A program made the position numbers and the translations under genes. The notes under the pieces were generated by a model. It ran no database searches and was not told the DNA's origin. It saw only the letters and a list, made by a program, of their open reading frames with translations. A DNA stretch of 63,543 nucleotides from Rhynchobatus australiae (taxonomy: Eukaryota). Numbering within the stretch: position 1 is the first letter of the stretch; the number at the start of each line of letters is the position of its first letter. The DNA is taken from positions 90,298,589 to 90,362,131 of the forward strand of contig JAUZTB010000001.1 in the NCBI GenBank assembly GCA_034780895.1. The letters are read 5' to 3'. Below are positions 58,701-63,543 of this stretch, piece by piece.

Positions 58701-59898
58701 GCTGACCTCATGTTTGTAGCTTTCAACAAGAAACCACACTCAAGTAACTAAAAAGACCCAAGGCTTAACCTTGAGCGGTCTTTGAAATAAGGAGGAAAGT
58801 CATTGTTACAGTTATCTGGTTATAATCAGAGTGGGAAGTGGAACTAAATGAAAGTAGACTCACTGAGCTGGACAATGGATGAGATGGCATGTTTGACCAA
58901 GCCAATGACTATAGAACAGTTGGAAAGCAAAAATACACGATGGCTACAGTAATATATGATGTCATTTGTGACTTTAAAGTACACTTTATTATTTTTAAAT
59001 CACTATTTTATGCAGAGGTATATACCTGATTATCAAAACTCTAAGTGCAGAAAGATGGGCACAGATTTAGGAGGCAGCAGCAATACCTAAAGTTTCTTTA
59101 AAAAGAGATCAAGGAAACCAGGTCAACTCTCCTCTATCTCCCTAACACTGCATTTTTAATGCCCATCTGAAGTGGGGCAATAGTTCAATTTTCAAAGAAT
59201 GGTAACTTTGGGTTGCACTTTCAGGATTGCATGAGCGACGTTCTACTGGACAAGAGCCAGGAATTTAAGTACCACAACCAAAAACTATCCATTAATTGAA
59301 ACCAAGGACTTAACTTTCTTTGGCAATGCACTAGTTACTTTGTTACCTTTATTATACAGTATTTTAACAATCAATTTTTATTACAATATGATAAACCAAA
59401 ATGTTACCAAAAGAATGCAAAATCCTTACATATGATTTATGATGACAAATGATATTTGTTGAAAGCTTGCACTAAGAATACAATTGAAGTTGAAATGTCC
59501 GCAGGGATCCATTGAACTTATCACATGCATGCATAGTCTACTTGTTGCTAAATATAAAGAGTTCAGAGCACCAATTCAGTGCTAAATTTAAGCTCTGTTG
59601 AAAGTTCCATCTCTCACAGTTACTATCTGCTTTCAGTATTTTCCATATACCAGAGGTCACAATAACATATATTGAAGCACTTGATATATGGTTTCAGTTT
59701 CAACTAGCAGCTAAAAAGGGGCTCAAGTGACTCCTAAACCTTGTATCAAAAATCCAAAATATGTATTTTTACCATGTTCATTCGCAGAGCAGCAATAAAT
59801 TACCAAAAGGACAATTTAGTGAGGAATTTAATTCTGGGATATTTAGCACCACAAAACAAACCGAAGAACTACAACTCATTCAGCTGAAAATCTCATAC

Positions 59899-59938
59899 CT
59901 TTGATATCTGCTGCTGCTCCCTGGTGAGGTGATGCAAC
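59899..59938 (-). CDS. PCNX1: PCNX1 coding exon (~exon 4), 40 nt, VASPHQGAAADIK(G)
   Basis: tttcctatcag acceptor and G|gtatga donor; ends in phase 1 and joins the next exon in frame; resembles human ...GTAATIKG. Confidence 0.75.
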
Positions 59939-61007
59939 CTGATAGGAAATGATTGGAAATAATTAAAATGGCAAAGGTTTATAGTTTAGGATTTTCACCT
60001 TGCAACTAAATTTGTTATTGTGAACAAGACATCAGTCTAAAAGCTAAAAATAAATAAGCTATTCGGTCAACTTTTCCATGGAACATAAATTTATTCTTGT
60101 CACATGCACATTAAGAAAATTATGACCAAAACAATCTGCTTAGATCCTACATCCAGAGATTTCTGCAAAACAGGTGGAAGGAAACCTTTCTGAAACCTTA
60201 AATAATGGACCTCCGCAATTNNNNNNNNNNNNNNNNNNNNNNNNNNNNNNNNNNNNNNNNNNNNNNNNNNNNNNNNNNNNNNNNNNNNNNNNNNNNNNNN
60301 NNNNNNNNNNNNNNNNNNNNCTCAATTATGGAAAAAATCTGAAAATAAATGAAGAAAACAAGCAAAGTACATATTATTGTAAAGGAAGGACACACAAATA
60401 GGCAAAGAAATAAGCATGTAAGTATCAATAGATCTAAACATTGCACAGAAAACCAATATTTTACAGGATTGATAGCTAAATTGTAGCATCATTAATATAC
60501 TGGCAACAAATCTAAAGCAGAATACTTTGTAGTCTGAAAAAAAATGCTTTTAAAGTGAACAGATTGAGATACTCAAAGCAGCAAAAGAACTGGAGGAGAA
60601 TTTTGAGATGCATTGTGTTAGGAAGAACCACTTGTAAATACTCAGATAATGTCAAAGATACAAGTTAAATCAACAAATGCTTGGGTTCAAAAAAAAGTAC
60701 ATAGAAAGTTTTGCAGCTAGAGATGAAAGCATTGAAAGATGAAACCATTGGGAATTCATGATAAATTAATGAGTTAGAATGCTTTGGTAATTTATAGCCT
60801 TGTAGATAACTGGACAAGGCTGTATCTAGGTGTATGTGACAGTTCTTAGATACTACATATGATTTACTTGATTCAAAAGTTAATATAGAACAGAAGAAAC
60901 AATAGGAATGCTCTTTACATATACTAGAGCCTGCACTGCCATCCAATAAAATTACAACCTGATCTTTTGTCTCGACTCCACTTTCCCATCTTTAATTTAA
61001 AACTTTA

Positions 61008-61222
61008 TTTATACAGCATGGAAATAAGCCTTCCTGGCCCAACAAGCATGCACCGCCCAATTACACCCATGTTAACCTACTAATCCATAGGTCTTTTAAT
61101 GTGGGAGGAAATTGGAGTACCCAAGGGAAACCCACGCAGTCACAGGGAGAATGTACAAACTCCTTACAGACAGTGGCGGGAATTGAACCCCGATCTCTAA
61201 CCACTACATTACCATGCCACCC
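61008..61222 (-). mobile_element. V-SINE (HE1-like)
   Basis: tgtgggaggaaattggagtacccaagggaaacccacgcagtcacagggagaatgtacaaactccttacagacagtggcgggaattgaaccc. Confidence 0.88.
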
Positions 61223-62310
61223 ATTCTATTCACTGTAACCCTTTATTTCCCTACAGTCCAAAACTAATCTTGGCCTTCAATTAATCACTTGTTCCCGGCT
61301 AATGAGACTTTAGTCGGAAGTTGCACATTATTGCACGAGACATACATCATCAGTGCTGTTGTGGGAGCTCAGTTTACAGCCATCTAAGCTCAGACTTGTG
61401 AAACATGGCTTTGGAATCCATTCATGTGAAGGGTGAGGGCTGTCATTCCACGGCTGCACAGCTGTCCCAAGCAGAATAGCAGAGACGCCATAGACTATAT
61501 ATCCACTGCCCTCTCAAGTTAACAGCATCTTTTTCCTCTCACCACCTACATTACAATGGAACCCTCACTCATACTGACTAGGTCAATGTATGTTACTTAC
61601 ATGAAGGGGTGTGGTAAAAATGCTTAAAGAAATTGCTTTGTCATCAATGTCAAAAGCACTCCATCTTGTTGCATGTGGTCTCTTTTCCCATATTTCTATA
61701 TGGACTAATAACTGTTGGAGGCAATCATTTCAGAACAGAAAATTTAGAAAAAGTTCCAAAGCTTTGATTCCAAGACTAAAAAGATTTTTGTTAACAGCTG
61801 AGTACAGGGCATGAAAGTTTAGGAAGAATCTACAGCTGAAATGTAATCTGTGCATTCTCTCTGAAGATGCTAAAGTGACCTTCAGTGCATTTCCAGTATT
61901 TTTTGTTTTGTGTTTATAAATTCTGTTTGTAACAAACTTATGTTTATAGTCTACTCTGACCTGATTGCAGCTGGTCCCATATATTTTGTAGCTTTGATAT
62001 TTAAGAAGGCTGTGATACTGATGGGTTGCATCAGAAGAGGCAAAGTAAATGCTGTGTCAATATGTCAGAAAGATGTTCCAGATTTAGTGCAAAAGCAAAA
62101 TACTACAGTTGCAGTAAAAACAGAAAATGTGGAAAAATCCAGCCTCTGTGGAGAGAGAAGCAGAGTTAACATTTCAGATCCACCTGCATCTTTCTTCTGG
62201 TGTTTCCAATNNNNNNNNNNNNNNNNNNNNNNNNNNNNNNNNNNNNNNNNNNNNNNNNNNNNNNNNNNNNNNNNNNNNNNNNNNNNNNNNNNNNNNNNNN
62301 NNNNNNNNNN

Positions 62311-62530
62311 AGAGAGTGGTTGGTGCATGGAATGCGCTGCCTGGGGTGGTGGTGGAGGCTGATACATTGGACAAGTTCAAGAGATTGCTAGATAAGCATA
62401 TGGATGAATTTAAAATAGTGGGATATGTGGGAGGAAGGGGTTAGATAGTCTTAGGTGTGGTTTGAAGGGTGACACAACATGGTGGGCCGAAGGGCCTGTA
62501 TTGTGCTGTATTGTTCTATGGTTCTATGGA
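62311..62530 (+). mobile_element. Young-looking CR1-type LINE 3' end
   Basis: RVVGAWNALPGVVVEADTLDKFKRLLDKHM; tail gggccgaagggcctgtattgtgctgtattgttctatggttctatgg. Confidence 0.9.
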
Positions 62531-63029
62531 AAATGAACGTGTATGAAATTGGAAGCCACTTTTGCCTTAGGTAAGGAATGGATTACCCCAATTTAAATAG
62601 CAGAATAGGAGTGTTACTGGCAACAAAAGAATCAATTGATTAAGTATGCAAGAATGTGGGAGATGATGTTCCATATGGGAATGTAAGAGACCATCCATTT
62701 AGGGGTTCAAGGTCTACTTCAAATGGTCAGAAATGAAGCATGATAGACCAGAGAGATATAGTGGCACAAAGCCAGTTATCACTATGGGCTAGTGGAACAA
62801 AATGGAAAGGTAAAGTGGGCAGTATGAATGTACATCACCAGTGAGTGCAGATAGCAGGCCTCACTCTGCAAATCTGGGCCACCAAAATGTCTTAATTATT
62901 CAAAATCAGACCTAGCCTATACAAGAAAAACCTGGCACTCTCTTGCAAAGGCTGATCCTTCTCGGTTGGCTGAAAAAATTTGAAGCTTTTTTTTGCCAAG
63001 GGTATTAACATTTGCAGAACTAAGGCACT

Positions 63030-63210
63030 ACAATGGACTTTTTTTTTGGTTCTAATTGTGTTTTTTTCTTGTAAGAATTGTATACAATTTGTTTTCTTAT
63101 GAATGCTGCTTATCTGATGTTATGTGCCTGTGATGCTGCTGCAAGTAAGCTTTTCATTGCACCTGTGCCTACATGTACTTGTGCATATGACAGTAAACTT
63201 GACTTTGAAT
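63030..63210 (+). mobile_element. Non-LTR retrotransposon 3' UTR (Rex1/Babar-like)
   Basis: tgtgcctgtgatgctgctgcaagtaagcttttcattgcacctgtg...tgacagtaaacttgactttga. Confidence 0.5.
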
Positions 63211-63543
63211 TCAATTAGGCATGGTTAAGCTGCAAGCCAATCAAGATGTAATTAAATTGCCAAACAGGCTTCAGGAGTGGAATGGGCTATTCCTATTAGA
63301 TTAACAGCCACAGAAAAGCTGGTATGAACAGTTGCAAATCTACCTTAAATAAAGGTTTGTGCATAAGGAGACCGCTGTAATTTGATTCATTTGTGCTACA
63401 CTAAATTTTTTTAAATTTTGTGTTTTTTTTGGGGTAATTTTCCAAAATTTAATTTAGCTGGAACTCATTCGGTTATTTCTTTAATAGTATGACTAGGCAG
63501 GCAGGAGAGAAACTTATGGATCCAAGTGCAATTTTTAAAGTGA

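Overview
AT-rich vertebrate genomic DNA from a gapped draft assembly. The repeat content (V-SINE/HE1-type, Deu-domain SINE, CR1/HER1-type LINE, Penelope-like elements) points to a cartilaginous fish; this is inference. The whole window lies inside one minus-strand gene, pecanex homolog 1 (PCNX1). I can splice ten coding exons (about exons 4-13 by recalled human numbering) with GT-AG boundaries and consistent phases into 2745 nt / 915 codons, running from the disordered Ser-rich N-terminal region into the first transmembrane segments. The 5' and 3' exons lie outside the window. The introns are packed with decayed retroelements and one Tigger/pogo relic. There is no prokaryotic-type system here. 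The features most worth follow-up are: (1) a ~140-bp-arm long inverted repeat in the 18.5-kb intron, next to candidate cryptic splice sites; (2) a family of short, often palindromic, TSD-flanked Penelope pLTR-derived insertions carrying hammerhead-ribozyme core remnants; (3) a PCNX1 3' splice site whose pyrimidine tract appears to be a CR1 LINE tail. Repeat boundaries are approximate, and comparisons to human PCNX1 and repeat consensi are from memory, not from a search.
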